DNA of 64,000 bases, from IMG/VR virus record IMGVR_UViG_3300010413_000018, positions 1 to 64,000 of that record. One strand, given 5' to 3'. The notes under the pieces are model-generated. The model worked only from the letters and a program-made list of their open reading frames with translations. It searched no databases and was not told where the DNA came from. This stretch comes from a virus. How positions within the stretch are numbered: position 1 is the stretch's first letter; every line of letters begins with the position of its first letter. Positions 53,888-63,542 of this stretch are shown one piece after another. Position numbers and translations under genes: made by a program.

Positions 53888-54355
53888 TTATGCAGGATTC
53901 TTTTTTTGTGTCAACTTTTCACTTACCATAGAAAGTAAAAGTTGGCGCGCGCCTGGCCACCCCGTCAGTCTATGCGCACCTATAAATGCGGTTTGATCCG
54001 TTTCATTTGCGGCTAAATGCTGGAGAAACATTAGGCGCAGTTCGCGTGTAGTGCGAGGATATGATTTCGCTCGCGTTTTTGTAAGAACAATATCTGCCCA
54101 ATTTGGAATCCACAATCCATAGATCGCGGTTTGCTCGTAAATGCGCCCTCCGGATAGGCTTACCATTTCGCGTTTAGTAGGTACGTTTCCTTCTCTAATA
54201 AGCCGTTTCCAGCTACCATCAAGTATGCACCAGCCCTCTTGGATCATGCGATCATAAATCACTTGAAACTTACAGAAGTCTGAGTTTTGGTGTGCTTCTA
54301 TGTTCTTGGAAAAACAGCGTTTTCCGCATTTCGGACATCGCCAATACCTGCTCAT
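53888..54355 (-). CDS. C2HC Zn-finger protein (paralog of 58022..58606)
   Basis: CPKCG..H..C. Confidence 0.7.
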   Translation of the reverse strand: MSRYWRCPKCGKRCFSKNIEAHQNSDFCKFQVIYDRMIQEGWCILDGSWKRLIREGNVPTKREMVSLSGGRIYEQTAIYGLWIPNWADIVLTKTRAKSYPRTTRELRLMFLQHLAANETDQTAFIGAHRLTGWPGARQLLLSMVSEKLTQKKNPA

Positions 54356-54897
54356 CTACGCTCCCACAGTTTTTGTATACGCGCGTCGTTCTTGATTGCT
54401 CGCCGCGCTAAACGAGTGGCGTGATAAACCTTGTTTATGTGACAGTGGTTTCGTTTAGCCACTTCTTCAGCCGATAGCTCGTCCAGAATGAACTGGCGTG
54501 CTAGGTGGCTGTTTGGTTGTTGTTTGAGAATGAAATTAATACGCCGCTTTATTTTTCTTTGCCAGCGTGCTTCGGCCAATTCTTTTTCTATTTCAACGTC
54601 TTCTACACCGGTTTCCGGGAGTAACTCTTCGTTTTGAAGTTTGACAATTTCGTGGAGTCCATGCCAGCTTGACGATACCGGAGCTTTGGCGCGTACAATG
54701 TGTTGGTACACAACGCGGCGCGCTACGATCCGCGCGTACGCTTTTAGGTCATTGCCGGTTAAAGCTTTCCGTCGTGTTGATGCCCAAAGAGCTAAGTACG
54801 CGGCATTGAAACAGTCTTTTTCATGGTCCGGCATTTTGAACTTCGTTGCTGCTTTGTGTGCTTCGGTTTTTAGTATTGATACAATGCTTTGTTCCAT
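54352..54897 (-). CDS. ECF-like RNA polymerase sigma factor
   Basis: Region 2-like DCFNAAYLALW..AYARIVARR; region 4 HTH LSAEEVAK..VYHATRLARRAI. Confidence 0.65.
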   Translation of the reverse strand: MEQSIVSILKTEAHKAATKFKMPDHEKDCFNAAYLALWASTRRKALTGNDLKAYARIVARRVVYQHIVRAKAPVSSSWHGLHEIVKLQNEELLPETGVEDVEIEKELAEARWQRKIKRRINFILKQQPNSHLARQFILDELSAEEVAKRNHCHINKVYHATRLARRAIKNDARIQKLWERR

Positions 54898-54906
54898 CCC
54901 TGTCTC

Positions 54907-55500
54907 CTATATAAAGTTTTGCTTAAATGCTCGCTTCACTTTTTGCCCATGATCCTTTACTTGCAGAATAATAGGCAATCTACTACGCTTTATTGATTCT
55001 GTATAACTTCCTACTTGAATTCCCAGTACTTCACTGAGTTTAAATGGATCTTTGTACTTATGCGCTTCTTTAATTATTTTCCATGGTCGCCGCGATCGTT
55101 TCTTTTTTGTTGCGATGAAAATGGGTACTAATGATTTTTGAAAGCGCCATGCGTTGTAATGAAACAACACACGAAACATGATGTTGTTGGCTACGCGCCA
55201 TTCCGCTAGTTCCATTTCAGTGAAGAAGTCTTCTAAGCGCGCGGCTATTCCATCGTGCACAGCAGTAGGTACAAAAGGAAATTCACAGCGTTCTCCCTCC
55301 TGGCTAGCTTGACGTTGGCGAACTGCAGGGTACGGGCTGTCAACATACAGTTTTGACAAGTTGCCGCGTTTTTTCCAAAAAAAGTAATGCTCTTCACGAT
55401 TAACGCGTTCATACAGTACGGCTATTGAACCCCATTTACCGGTGATAGATCGCCCGTTTACAATATTCCAGCATAGATTGGAGTTTGAATTATTTTCCAT
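54907..55500 (-). CDS. Hypothetical protein
   Basis: ORF track. Confidence 0.65.
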   Translation of the reverse strand: MENNSNSNLCWNIVNGRSITGKWGSIAVLYERVNREEHYFFWKKRGNLSKLYVDSPYPAVRQRQASQEGERCEFPFVPTAVHDGIAARLEDFFTEMELAEWRVANNIMFRVLFHYNAWRFQKSLVPIFIATKKKRSRRPWKIIKEAHKYKDPFKLSEVLGIQVGSYTESIKRSRLPIILQVKDHGQKVKRAFKQNFI

Positions 55501-56335
55501 TTTTCAACATTTTTCTTACGCCAGCATGGTTGTTCAAAGCATTCATAGCCGTTCGCACTGCTTGTAAAACGTTTTGTTGATGGATTTTTGCTTTGATGTG
55601 GCGCTTTACATTAACTATTTCTTTTTGGCACACACGGCAGTAGTTTTTCGTGATAAAAGCACCTGTATCGCGCGCTTCTTTAAACCAACCATCGCACAAA
55701 ATGAAGCGATCGGTTAGTGGCTCTGCTAGGGCTACGTAGTGAAATTTTGTCTTTTCACGGTCCATTACACCTATTGTATACGGACCTATGTTGGTGGTTT
55801 CTTGTTTGCCAGTAACAAAACACTGCGTTACGATTTGACGTTTTCTAACTAAAAACTCGTTTGCAATCCACGGCGAAACATGCCGGTTTAGGTATTCGTT
55901 GAACACAAGTGCTTTCCGTTTATCGCGCATATCTTCGTTTATTTTGGTAATTGGCCAGCTTAAAATTTCTTCAGGTTTGTTGACTTTTTTTGCATAAAAT
56001 CGTTCTTGGCGAATATCTGTGCTTCTAACAAATACAGTTTCAAACAGAGCTTTATTGAAACGATTAAAGTACTCGTGTGTGAGTATGCGTCTAATCGGGA
56101 CCGTGGGTTGCTGGGCGCCTTCTAACTGCGCGCGTATAAAGCTCACTACCGATAGGCAAGTTACAGCGCTGAGTTTATTGGCGCTATCAGCTAGCGTCTC
56201 ATTATGCTTAGTACAGTCTGATGATAAATGTCGCACTTGAAAGTTTTCATCTAACGCTATGTGTACCATGTGCTTACCGGTTTTTGATAATGCACACGGC
56301 ACTTGAAAACTGTATCTTTGGTCTATTGTACGCAT
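55490..56335 (-). CDS. Hypothetical protein with C-terminal C2H2 finger
   Basis: CRVC..HIKAKIH. Confidence 0.65.
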   Translation of the reverse strand: MRTIDQRYSFQVPCALSKTGKHMVHIALDENFQVRHLSSDCTKHNETLADSANKLSAVTCLSVVSFIRAQLEGAQQPTVPIRRILTHEYFNRFNKALFETVFVRSTDIRQERFYAKKVNKPEEILSWPITKINEDMRDKRKALVFNEYLNRHVSPWIANEFLVRKRQIVTQCFVTGKQETTNIGPYTIGVMDREKTKFHYVALAEPLTDRFILCDGWFKEARDTGAFITKNYCRVCQKEIVNVKRHIKAKIHQQNVLQAVRTAMNALNNHAGVRKMLKNGK

Positions 56336-56398
56336 GGCTATACTTTCAGTTTGAAGTGCCCCTCTACGAGCGACACTCCATACTCAACGCACAGACAG

Positions 56399-57571
56399 TT
56401 AGCTCCCTTTGATTCCGGCTGCAGTCATGACTTTGTTCATCTTCGTTAAGACTGGCCGTGCTTCTTTGTGTTTTAAGTGCCCGGCTTGAGCCATGCGCCT
56501 GGCAGGTCCAAAGACGATGTCTTGGGCGCCTTTTCCGGCTATTCCAGCTAGGATCGTCCAAAGCTTTTTGGCGCGCGCGTCACGGTTTTTTGCTCCTTCA
56601 GGAATTACTAGCGCGGTACAAGCTGAAAGAACCGCGTAAGTACGATCTAGACGTTTTGCGTTGTGCTCGAATTCTTCTTTGCCTTCGAGAATAGCGACCG
56701 GATCGGGAAGGTCATGCTCGTTCAAGAACGTGAATAGTTCTCCTATTACCGGTTCGCCTACATACGACGATAGCAGTGCGATTTCTTCGTTTTCGTCTAG
56801 TAGGTGAATGGTGCTGGTGGCCATGGCTCGGGTAACCATTTCCCATGTACGACGACTCGGCCAAGCGCCACTGGCTTTTGGATCATGTGCTGCCGGCATC
56901 TTGTGAAGCAGCTCTGGACGTCGCTTTACAAAAGCCGCGATTTTACCTTTTGCTTTTGCGAACTCTTCCGGCCATGCCGCTAAAACGCGTTTTTCTTCGT
57001 CTTCCGGTTTTAAGGTTTCGGAAACTTCGTCACCGACTTCGTTTTCGATAAGCCAGTCGATCCAGTTTTCAACGGTTCCCGCGTTGAATGGAAGATGCCC
57101 CATGCGGTTGGCCAATGGAGGCGGTAAGTCGTAACCGGCTGCCGCTTCTTCCACCGCGTTGTACGCCGCGATAGTGCGTACTCCTGGCGGAAGTGCGTGT
57201 CCACCGATCCGGCCTTCGAGGAACAGTCCCAACAATGGCGGTTGAAGGGCTGGCGGAGCAGTAGTCAGCTCATCGACGAATACAATACCGCGTTTCTGTT
57301 CCATGAAGTATTGCGCCCATTCTGGAGGCGGATACGTCAGCACGTTGTTTTCCGGAACCGGAACAACGCCAAACGCGCCTTCTCCGCGCTCACCTGGCGA
57401 CAGAATTTCACAGTGCATTCCGCACGATTTTGCGATTTGTTTTATTTGAGAGGTTTTGCTTGTTCCGGGAGACGCGACGAGTGCGAGCTGTAAACCCCAC
57501 CCACGAATGGTCGGCGTGAACAAGACTGCTTTGATGATTTTTTTCATATCCATGTTGCTATTATCCTCCAC
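56399..57571 (-). CDS. MoxR-like AAA+ ATPase
   Basis: ASPGTSKT, FVDE, PPLANR, PSRRTW. Confidence 0.9.
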   Translation of the reverse strand: MEDNSNMDMKKIIKAVLFTPTIRGWGLQLALVASPGTSKTSQIKQIAKSCGMHCEILSPGERGEGAFGVVPVPENNVLTYPPPEWAQYFMEQKRGIVFVDELTTAPPALQPPLLGLFLEGRIGGHALPPGVRTIAAYNAVEEAAAGYDLPPPLANRMGHLPFNAGTVENWIDWLIENEVGDEVSETLKPEDEEKRVLAAWPEEFAKAKGKIAAFVKRRPELLHKMPAAHDPKASGAWPSRRTWEMVTRAMATSTIHLLDENEEIALLSSYVGEPVIGELFTFLNEHDLPDPVAILEGKEEFEHNAKRLDRTYAVLSACTALVIPEGAKNRDARAKKLWTILAGIAGKGAQDIVFGPARRMAQAGHLKHKEARPVLTKMNKVMTAAGIKGS

Positions 57572-57623
57572 CCCAAACTAAGGTGTTGGGAAACCGTTGG
57601 TTGTTAGTTATTCTTTAGATTAT

Positions 57624-57666
57624 TGCATAAAAAAAGTAAGCTTGCAAATAAAAAAGGTAGTTGCAA
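57624..57666 (-). promoter_or_regulatory. Divergent promoter module with three TGCA boxes
   Basis: TGCAT..TTGCAA..TTGCAA at ~19-bp spacing. Confidence 0.55.
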
Positions 57667-57671
57667 ACAAA

Positions 57672-58025
57672 TTAACTCAATAACTTCTCTGCCGCTACAA
57701 GAATTTCAAACTCCATAATCACTGGATCTACGTCAATAATGCGGTCTTTTTCTGGAATAGACTTCGCAATAAATTTTAATAAGTTGAGTATGCGCTCTAA
57801 CAGTGTTCCCGGAAACATGCCGTCTTCGGAGAAAAAGTTTGGATTCCTCCAAAAAGGGCGCTCGCGGTCAGTATGAAGCCCGGCTTGAAAAACTGCTGCA
57901 TCAAAAATGACACGCACTTCTCCAATTGCTTGAAATGGTAATACTTGAAAATATTTGTTGACTACATATACCGCGTAGCGAAGATTCATAACTACTAATT
58001 CTTGCTGGCTGTTAAAGCGATTCAT
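57672..58025 (-). CDS. Hypothetical protein
   Basis: Coupled ORF. Confidence 0.6.
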   Translation of the reverse strand: MNRFNSQQELVVMNLRYAVYVVNKYFQVLPFQAIGEVRVIFDAAVFQAGLHTDRERPFWRNPNFFSEDGMFPGTLLERILNLLKFIAKSIPEKDRIIDVDPVIMEFEILVAAEKLLS

Positions 58026-58606
58026 TTTTTCTTGAAATATGATAGTTTTAGCATCTCTTGGATGTCAGATAAACGCAGTGCCCCTAGTATGTGTTCGCGT
58101 GCAGTTGGGTTTTTCCAGACAAAAATTAATAATTCATCGCAGAACTTAGTGGATAGTTTAGGCGGTTCACCATCAATTAATGCAAATGCAGGGTCTCTGT
58201 TAGTCACTTCGTTTAATGCTTGAATTAATGTGGCTGCCCATTCTGGAACAAAAAAGCTTGTGCAATACGGCTTTCTTGGTTGTGCATGATATAGGCCATC
58301 CCAGCCATTAACTACACATGACCATGATTGTATCAAACCGCTACGCGGTATTTTAAGCTTACGGATCGGAAACCCTTCTTCTTCGAGTAACAACGCTCCC
58401 CACCTACTACCTATTGGCGCCCATCCTAAGCGTTCCATTTCTTGTTGATTTTGACGAGCTGTACATGAGACGCTTCTTTGATGCTCGTCCAACGGGAAAG
58501 CATTAGATAATACCTTCCCGCATTTTGGACAAACGTGAGACATTATGCGGCTTTCGGCTGGATTTTTACTTCGCCGTCCTCGTCGATCTCGATCATGGTG
58601 CCCCAA
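58022..58606 (-). CDS. C2HC Zn-finger protein (paralog of 53888..54355; start probably later)
   Basis: CPKCG..H..C, GW, W, VPEWA, GALRL. Confidence 0.7.
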   Translation of the reverse strand: MGHHDRDRRGRRSKNPAESRIMSHVCPKCGKVLSNAFPLDEHQRSVSCTARQNQQEMERLGWAPIGSRWGALLLEEEGFPIRKLKIPRSGLIQSWSCVVNGWDGLYHAQPRKPYCTSFFVPEWAATLIQALNEVTNRDPAFALIDGEPPKLSTKFCDELLIFVWKNPTAREHILGALRLSDIQEMLKLSYFKKK

Positions 58607-60054
58607 TCTATTTGGCCGTTCCAGTCACCATTTTTGGCCGGCCAAGGGATACGGCGCCCACTACCCACCAATACCCAAATCACATGAATGTCTGGAGGTG
58701 GGTTTTCGGGAGCTGGTCCACAACCGTCGGTGATAAAAACCAGAACTTGTGGCTTTTCGTGTTTGGGTAAGCGCTCGATCGCCTCAAAGCCAGGGCAGAA
58801 ATCAGTTCCGCCACCACCTTTGAGTAGCTCGGTAAGTTCACGCACATGCTGTACTTTTTTGAAACTTTGGACCTCGGCGTCTAACGCCGCGAAAGTAACT
58901 TCGGCGCTCGCAGCCTGCAGCACTCCGTTGCTCTCTTCAACTGCCAGTTTCAGCTCTTCTTTTCCCATTGACCCACTTGTGTCAACTAGGATGGCTACGC
59001 GCGGCACGGGAGTAAAATAGCTCGGCATTATGGCGCATCCGCGTCCATATCCTAATCCACCTTGGCGGCGACTTGGCTTATGGTAGGCCAGGTCAACGGC
59101 TCCGGCTTTACGGGCAATGTACATGCGGCACGCGCGGCGTAGCTTAGTGCGCCAGTCAACCTTGGGCGGTGATAGTTCGGTTTCAGCCCAACGCATCCAA
59201 TCTCCAGGTACGTTTCCTCGCCCTTTTTGCGCTTCTTGGTTGATCGCTTCAGCGGTTTGCTTCCGGATCATTGTGGTTTCAACCGGTGAACGACCGCCAC
59301 CAGCTTCTTTACGCGCTTTGTCTTCCTGAGCCGCTGGAAGGCCTCCGGATGCGGATCCACACCAGCCGGCTCCTACTTGCGGCGCGCTTGGAGTTTTACC
59401 GTTACCTTGGCCTTTTCCTTTTCCTTTTCCTTTATTTTTTCCTTGGCCTTTGCCTTGACCCTGTCCTTGGCTTTCTTGTTCTCCTTCGCTGTCTCCATCG
59501 CCTTGGCCTTGGCCTTGGCCTTGGCCTTGGCCTTGGCCTTGCTCTGCCATTTTTTGAAGCGCTTCGCGTATTTGCTGTTCCATCGCGTCGCGTTGAGGAT
59601 CCCATTCTTTCCGCAGTAGTTGATAGTATTCTTCAGCGGTTAAACCGTCGTCAAACTTGAAGTTTTTCGGAAGCGCTATGCCTTCCGGTAACGACCAACA
59701 CGCTTCGACTAAATCGTCATTGATCTCGCAATCAGCGGCTACATTCCACACTGCTTTTTCGTAAACGTCTTCATTGGGATGTGGTTTGATGCCCATCGCT
59801 TGAGATCGTTCAAAGTGCGCGCGTAAAATGTGCGATACTTCGTGCACTAAGCATCCCGCTATTTCTGCTACTGAATGCTCAACAACAAAGTCCGGATCCA
59901 CTACCATGATTCCGTCATGTGATACACCCATGGTACCGTAGCCTTTTGCTTCTATCGGGATTAACGAAAAAAGAGCGACGCGAAACCACGCCCACTTTTT
60001 GATCGCCATCAACCGCGCTGCCGCTAGTTTTTCATTCCAAGTTAGGTCTTCCAC
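58543..60054 (-). CDS. Metallopeptidase-like (HExxH) + vWA domain protein
   Basis: HEVSH, DTSGS MIDAS, GGGTDF, TDG; (GQ)n/(GK)n linker. Confidence 0.9.
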   Translation of the reverse strand: MEDLTWNEKLAAARLMAIKKWAWFRVALFSLIPIEAKGYGTMGVSHDGIMVVDPDFVVEHSVAEIAGCLVHEVSHILRAHFERSQAMGIKPHPNEDVYEKAVWNVAADCEINDDLVEACWSLPEGIALPKNFKFDDGLTAEEYYQLLRKEWDPQRDAMEQQIREALQKMAEQGQGQGQGQGQGQGDGDSEGEQESQGQGQGKGQGKNKGKGKGKGQGNGKTPSAPQVGAGWCGSASGGLPAAQEDKARKEAGGGRSPVETTMIRKQTAEAINQEAQKGRGNVPGDWMRWAETELSPPKVDWRTKLRRACRMYIARKAGAVDLAYHKPSRRQGGLGYGRGCAIMPSYFTPVPRVAILVDTSGSMGKEELKLAVEESNGVLQAASAEVTFAALDAEVQSFKKVQHVRELTELLKGGGGTDFCPGFEAIERLPKHEKPQVLVFITDGCGPAPENPPPDIHVIWVLVGSGRRIPWPAKNGDWNGQIDWGTMIEIDEDGEVKIQPKAA

Positions 60055-60072
60055 TTATTGCTCTCCTTATTG

Positions 60073-60972
60073 CTAGTTATTGTCGTCCGGTTCGCACATT
60101 AGTATGGCACCGGTAATTTCTGTGTCTAAGTCGTCAATGTGCCGTTGAAGTTCAGGCAATTGACGTGAAAATAGTGATTCGTAGTGTGCTACTTTTGATC
60201 GCACTTCTTGCGCGCGCCGTTGTCGTGTTTGCAGTGCCCGCAATCCTAGCGCATTGTCGCCTTCGCGGTTAATTTCTTCTTCAATGGCCGCGACTGCAAC
60301 TTCTGCTTCTGCTTTGATCGCGGCTAATACGGCGTCAACGGCGTCTTCTTCTTCAACGGCCGGTATACGGAATATTTTAATTCCAGCGCACGCTTCGTGA
60401 ATAGCTTCGCAGTAACGATGCCAGGTATCAACTTGATCGCGCGGTATAAAGTAAATTCCACCGGATTCGCGTAGACTGACTGCTTTGCATGTGCCAGCGA
60501 GGCGTCCCCAAAGCCAGCGACCTCCAAATACGCGGGAAGCCATGGTATTACGATATTTTTCAAACTGTTCACGTATTTGTTCTGCTTGTGGATGATCTTT
60601 CGGCGCTACTTGAACCACCGGTTGAATCGTTTTATTGCCTTGCTGGTCGGTTATTTCTTGGCGGCGAATGCGTGCTTTTAGCATGTTGCTGGTGTTATAC
60701 GTTAATTCTTCGTCAGTGGCTTCTTCATGCACGAGCGCGAAACCGCTTTTACCGGCGAGCTTGCGTAACAACACGCGATAGCCGCTTTTCATTTCTTCTA
60801 AAACGCGTTGAAGGGCGAATTCTTCCGTTGGTGGAGACGGTAATAGGTCTTCAGGTAACCCGTGGTTTAGCCAGGTTTCGTGAAGTTTTTGTAAGTCGAC
60901 GTCACCGCTTAGCCGACAATAAGTTATTTCTCCGGCAGTTTCTAAACCGCTGATGGCAATTATATCTGTCAT
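60073..60972 (-). CDS. DUF3150-like protein associated with MoxR/vWA modules
   Basis: GGIYFIP motif, coiled-coil C-terminus, gene context. Confidence 0.6.
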   Translation of the reverse strand: MTDIIAISGLETAGEITYCRLSGDVDLQKLHETWLNHGLPEDLLPSPPTEEFALQRVLEEMKSGYRVLLRKLAGKSGFALVHEEATDEELTYNTSNMLKARIRRQEITDQQGNKTIQPVVQVAPKDHPQAEQIREQFEKYRNTMASRVFGGRWLWGRLAGTCKAVSLRESGGIYFIPRDQVDTWHRYCEAIHEACAGIKIFRIPAVEEEDAVDAVLAAIKAEAEVAVAAIEEEINREGDNALGLRALQTRQRRAQEVRSKVAHYESLFSRQLPELQRHIDDLDTEITGAILMCEPDDNN

Positions 60973-61117
60973 GTTTGCAATCCTTCTGTTTTTTTGCGTC
61001 TTACCCTATATTATGCAACTTTACTTATTTTTTGCAATCCTTTTTACTGCTCTTGGCGCTTTTTGGTAAGATTGCGTATAATTTGCCAATTTGATTAATT
61101 AATAGTAAAAGGCACTT

Positions 61118-61324
61118 ATGAGCCAAAATAATAAATTCACGCACGAAGAAATGCGTAAAGCCGCTGAATTACAAGATCGTCTGATGGATATGGCTATGCG
61201 CGGTACTGATGATCCGGCTGGAGCAATATTGGCGTTGTCGCAGGCAGCGTCTACCCTTTGCCTGCGTCATAAAATATCGCACACAGATATACTACAGCGC
61301 GTACAAAATACTACCCGAAATTAA
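61118..61324 (+). CDS. Hypothetical protein
   Basis: ORF track. Confidence 0.55.
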   Translation: MSQNNKFTHEEMRKAAELQDRLMDMAMRGTDDPAGAILALSQAASTLCLRHKISHTDILQRVQNTTRN

Positions 61325-61328
61325 ATTA

Positions 61329-61760
61329 ATGGCTAAACGCGAGAAAGACCCAAAAAACGTCCGTAAAGGCCGGCTAAGCCGTCGGAAGGGCAAAGTGTGG
61401 GAACGGGAAGTTGCGCGCTCTCTGCGCCCGATTTTCGGCGATAGCGTTCATCGTGGTCATCAAGACGCCAGAGGCGGATCCGGCGCCGGGGAAGGGTCTG
61501 ATATTGAGGGTACACCTTTTTACATGGAATGTCGGCATGAAGCTACGTACGATTGGCGTCGACACTTTCGCGAAACTCAAGCAAAACGCGCAGAACGCGG
61601 CGACGATCGACCGATGGTTTTGGTAGCGAAGGACGGTAAGAAACCTCCAGGTTGGAAACCTGGCACTCCCGGAACTCCTCCGATCGCCATTATGCTGTGG
61701 GAAGATCTTTTAAAACTTTTGGAGATTGTGCATGATCGAAAAGATAGTAATAGCGGTTGA
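61329..61760 (+). CDS. Holliday junction resolvase-like PD-(D/E)XK nuclease
   Basis: SRRKGKVWEREVA, SD, ECR. Confidence 0.8.
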   Translation: MAKREKDPKNVRKGRLSRRKGKVWEREVARSLRPIFGDSVHRGHQDARGGSGAGEGSDIEGTPFYMECRHEATYDWRRHFRETQAKRAERGDDRPMVLVAKDGKKPPGWKPGTPGTPPIAIMLWEDLLKLLEIVHDRKDSNSG

Positions 61761-62322
61761 TTTTGACGGAGTGTTAAATACGTATACGTCGGGGTGGGAA
61801 GGTTCTTCAGCTATCATTTCTGACAGCCCTAATGAAGGTGCTATAGAGTGGCTGCAAGCTGTCTTGTCTCACGGTGGCTTTGAAGTGTTCATCCATTCGT
61901 GTCGTTGTCGACAAGAAGAAGGGATCGCGGCGATGTATGCATGGCTACTTCGATATGGGTTGTCGCGTAAACTTGCGGATGAAATTGTGTTTACCAAGCT
62001 AAAGCCTAACGCTGAAATCTTTCTCGATGATCATGCTATGCAGTTTGTCGGGCGTTGGCCTACGTTTGAAGAGATCACGTCGTTTAAACCTTGGTATAAG
62101 CGCGGCGTTAAAGACATTCCACTCCAAAAAGCGGTGTATGAAGACGCAGCCAGTGAAGAAGAAGCGGAGCTTATTCAAAAGAGTGAGCATAAGTGCTTCT
62201 TATGCATGCACGGAGCAGTTTGTGAAGTGGCTAACGCGGCACTGCGCACTGAAATGTACGTAACCGTTTCCCGATGTTTGAGCTTTACCGAGATTCCGGT
62301 TCAGTTGGTTGGAGAACTTTAG
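61726..62322 (+). CDS. HAD-superfamily phosphatase
   Basis: DFDGV, KP, FLDD. Confidence 0.85.
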   Translation: MCMIEKIVIAVDFDGVLNTYTSGWEGSSAIISDSPNEGAIEWLQAVLSHGGFEVFIHSCRCRQEEGIAAMYAWLLRYGLSRKLADEIVFTKLKPNAEIFLDDHAMQFVGRWPTFEEITSFKPWYKRGVKDIPLQKAVYEDAASEEEAELIQKSEHKCFLCMHGAVCEVANAALRTEMYVTVSRCLSFTEIPVQLVGEL

Positions 62323-62602
62323 CGCGCTCGCGGTCAATAATACTTTTGGCCATAACCAATCGCGTTATTGCGTTGTGCAAGTGATCTTCCCCGTCTGGTT
62401 TTTTATATCCGTGGTATTGCCCCATACCGTACGCGATGTGCCCAATCGCTTTTAGTATGTGGTCATTGACGTCGTCTTTGGCCCATGTGTAGGGTGCGTG
62501 TTTGCTGATGCGATCGTCACTTAACAGGATGGCTACGAGTGCTCTTTTTGCTGTAGCGGTTAGTTCATCGAGTTCTTTTTCAAATTCTTCGTAGGCTGGC
62601 AT
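62285..62602 (-). CDS. Possible dATP/dGTP diphosphohydrolase-like domain protein
   Basis: KHAPYTW..HILKAIGH..DGEDHLHNA. Confidence 0.45.
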   Translation of the reverse strand: MPAYEEFEKELDELTATAKRALVAILLSDDRISKHAPYTWAKDDVNDHILKAIGHIAYGMGQYHGYKKPDGEDHLHNAITRLVMAKSIIDRERAKVLQPTEPESR

Positions 62603-63105
62603 TATCCTTTAATCCGTTCCCGCCGTTCAAGCCACGACTCGCCTAAGTTACGCAATACTATTACATCGGTTTGAGCGTAAGCAGCACGTTCGTGTTCGGC
62701 GTCTCTGTACATGTGTTTAACGCCGTATCTTAACATAGCGGTTACGTAATGTAAAAGAATCCACAGCATGCCTGAGCACCAGATTAGAATCCAGAGCCAC
62801 ACGTTCCACGTTAGCAGTCCTGTTATACTTCCAACGACAAAAGCTTTGGTATTTTCGTCAACCATTTGTCGCACATGAACGTGCTCGTGAGCTTTGGGAT
62901 GGTGGTTAGGTGCATAAATTACTGCGCGGCCAAACGTGGTGGAATAACCCCAATGACGAAAAAACCATTGGCGCCAAGTAGCTGCTAAAACGTAGTTCTC
63001 TTCCCAGCGTAAGTTAGTGGAAAATTGAAAGATCCAAGCCAAGCATGCTAATAGCCACGAGGCCAATGTCATCGGTAGTGAGGTTATAAATAGAATCCAA
63101 CGCAT
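62602..63105 (-). CDS. Membrane protein with HExxH motif
   Basis: HEHVH..EHERAAY plus TM segments. Confidence 0.65.
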   Translation of the reverse strand: MRWILFITSLPMTLASWLLACLAWIFQFSTNLRWEENYVLAATWRQWFFRHWGYSTTFGRAVIYAPNHHPKAHEHVHVRQMVDENTKAFVVGSITGLLTWNVWLWILIWCSGMLWILLHYVTAMLRYGVKHMYRDAEHERAAYAQTDVIVLRNLGESWLERRERIKG

Positions 63106-63542
63106 TACTTACTCCCTCCAATTAGTGCTGCTGTTACTCCGCCTGCTACCACTCCAATAAGTAACCATAAGATCGGCTTACCGGCAAACCAGCCATCAAG
63201 CGCCTCTTCTGATTCTCGCTGTACGCGCACCGCTTCTTCTAACGTGGACTTTGCTACTTTGGTTTCTTTTTCACTGATTTCAAGCGCTTCTTTAGTCAAC
63301 GTTAAGCGTTCCATGCGGATTGTCAGCTGTTCGTTCAGAAGAGTTATTTGCTTTTTTACAACAATTAATTCTTCTGAATCTTGCTGGGCTTTTTTTGCAA
63401 TATCAAGCGGTAGCCATACTCCTTCTTTACCGTCATGTGTTAGGGCTACCGCTTGAGCACACACTGGTGCCGCAATATTGCTGAGCCAAATGACTAGTAA
63501 AAAACTAGCGATATAACTGATTAAACCTGGCTGCGATTTCAT
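63105..63542 (-). CDS. Signal peptide + coiled-coil + C-terminal TM protein (spanin-like)
   Basis: Hydrophobic ends, coiled core. Confidence 0.55.
   Translation of the reverse strand: MKSQPGLISYIASFLLVIWLSNIAAPVCAQAVALTHDGKEGVWLPLDIAKKAQQDSEELIVVKKQITLLNEQLTIRMERLTLTKEALEISEKETKVAKSTLEEAVRVQRESEEALDGWFAGKPILWLLIGVVAGGVTAALIGGSK

Noticed and set aside
59271-59660. + strand ORFs with LGLGLG / ALALAL runs
   Set aside because: Antisense readings of the CCTTGG repeat in the vWA gene
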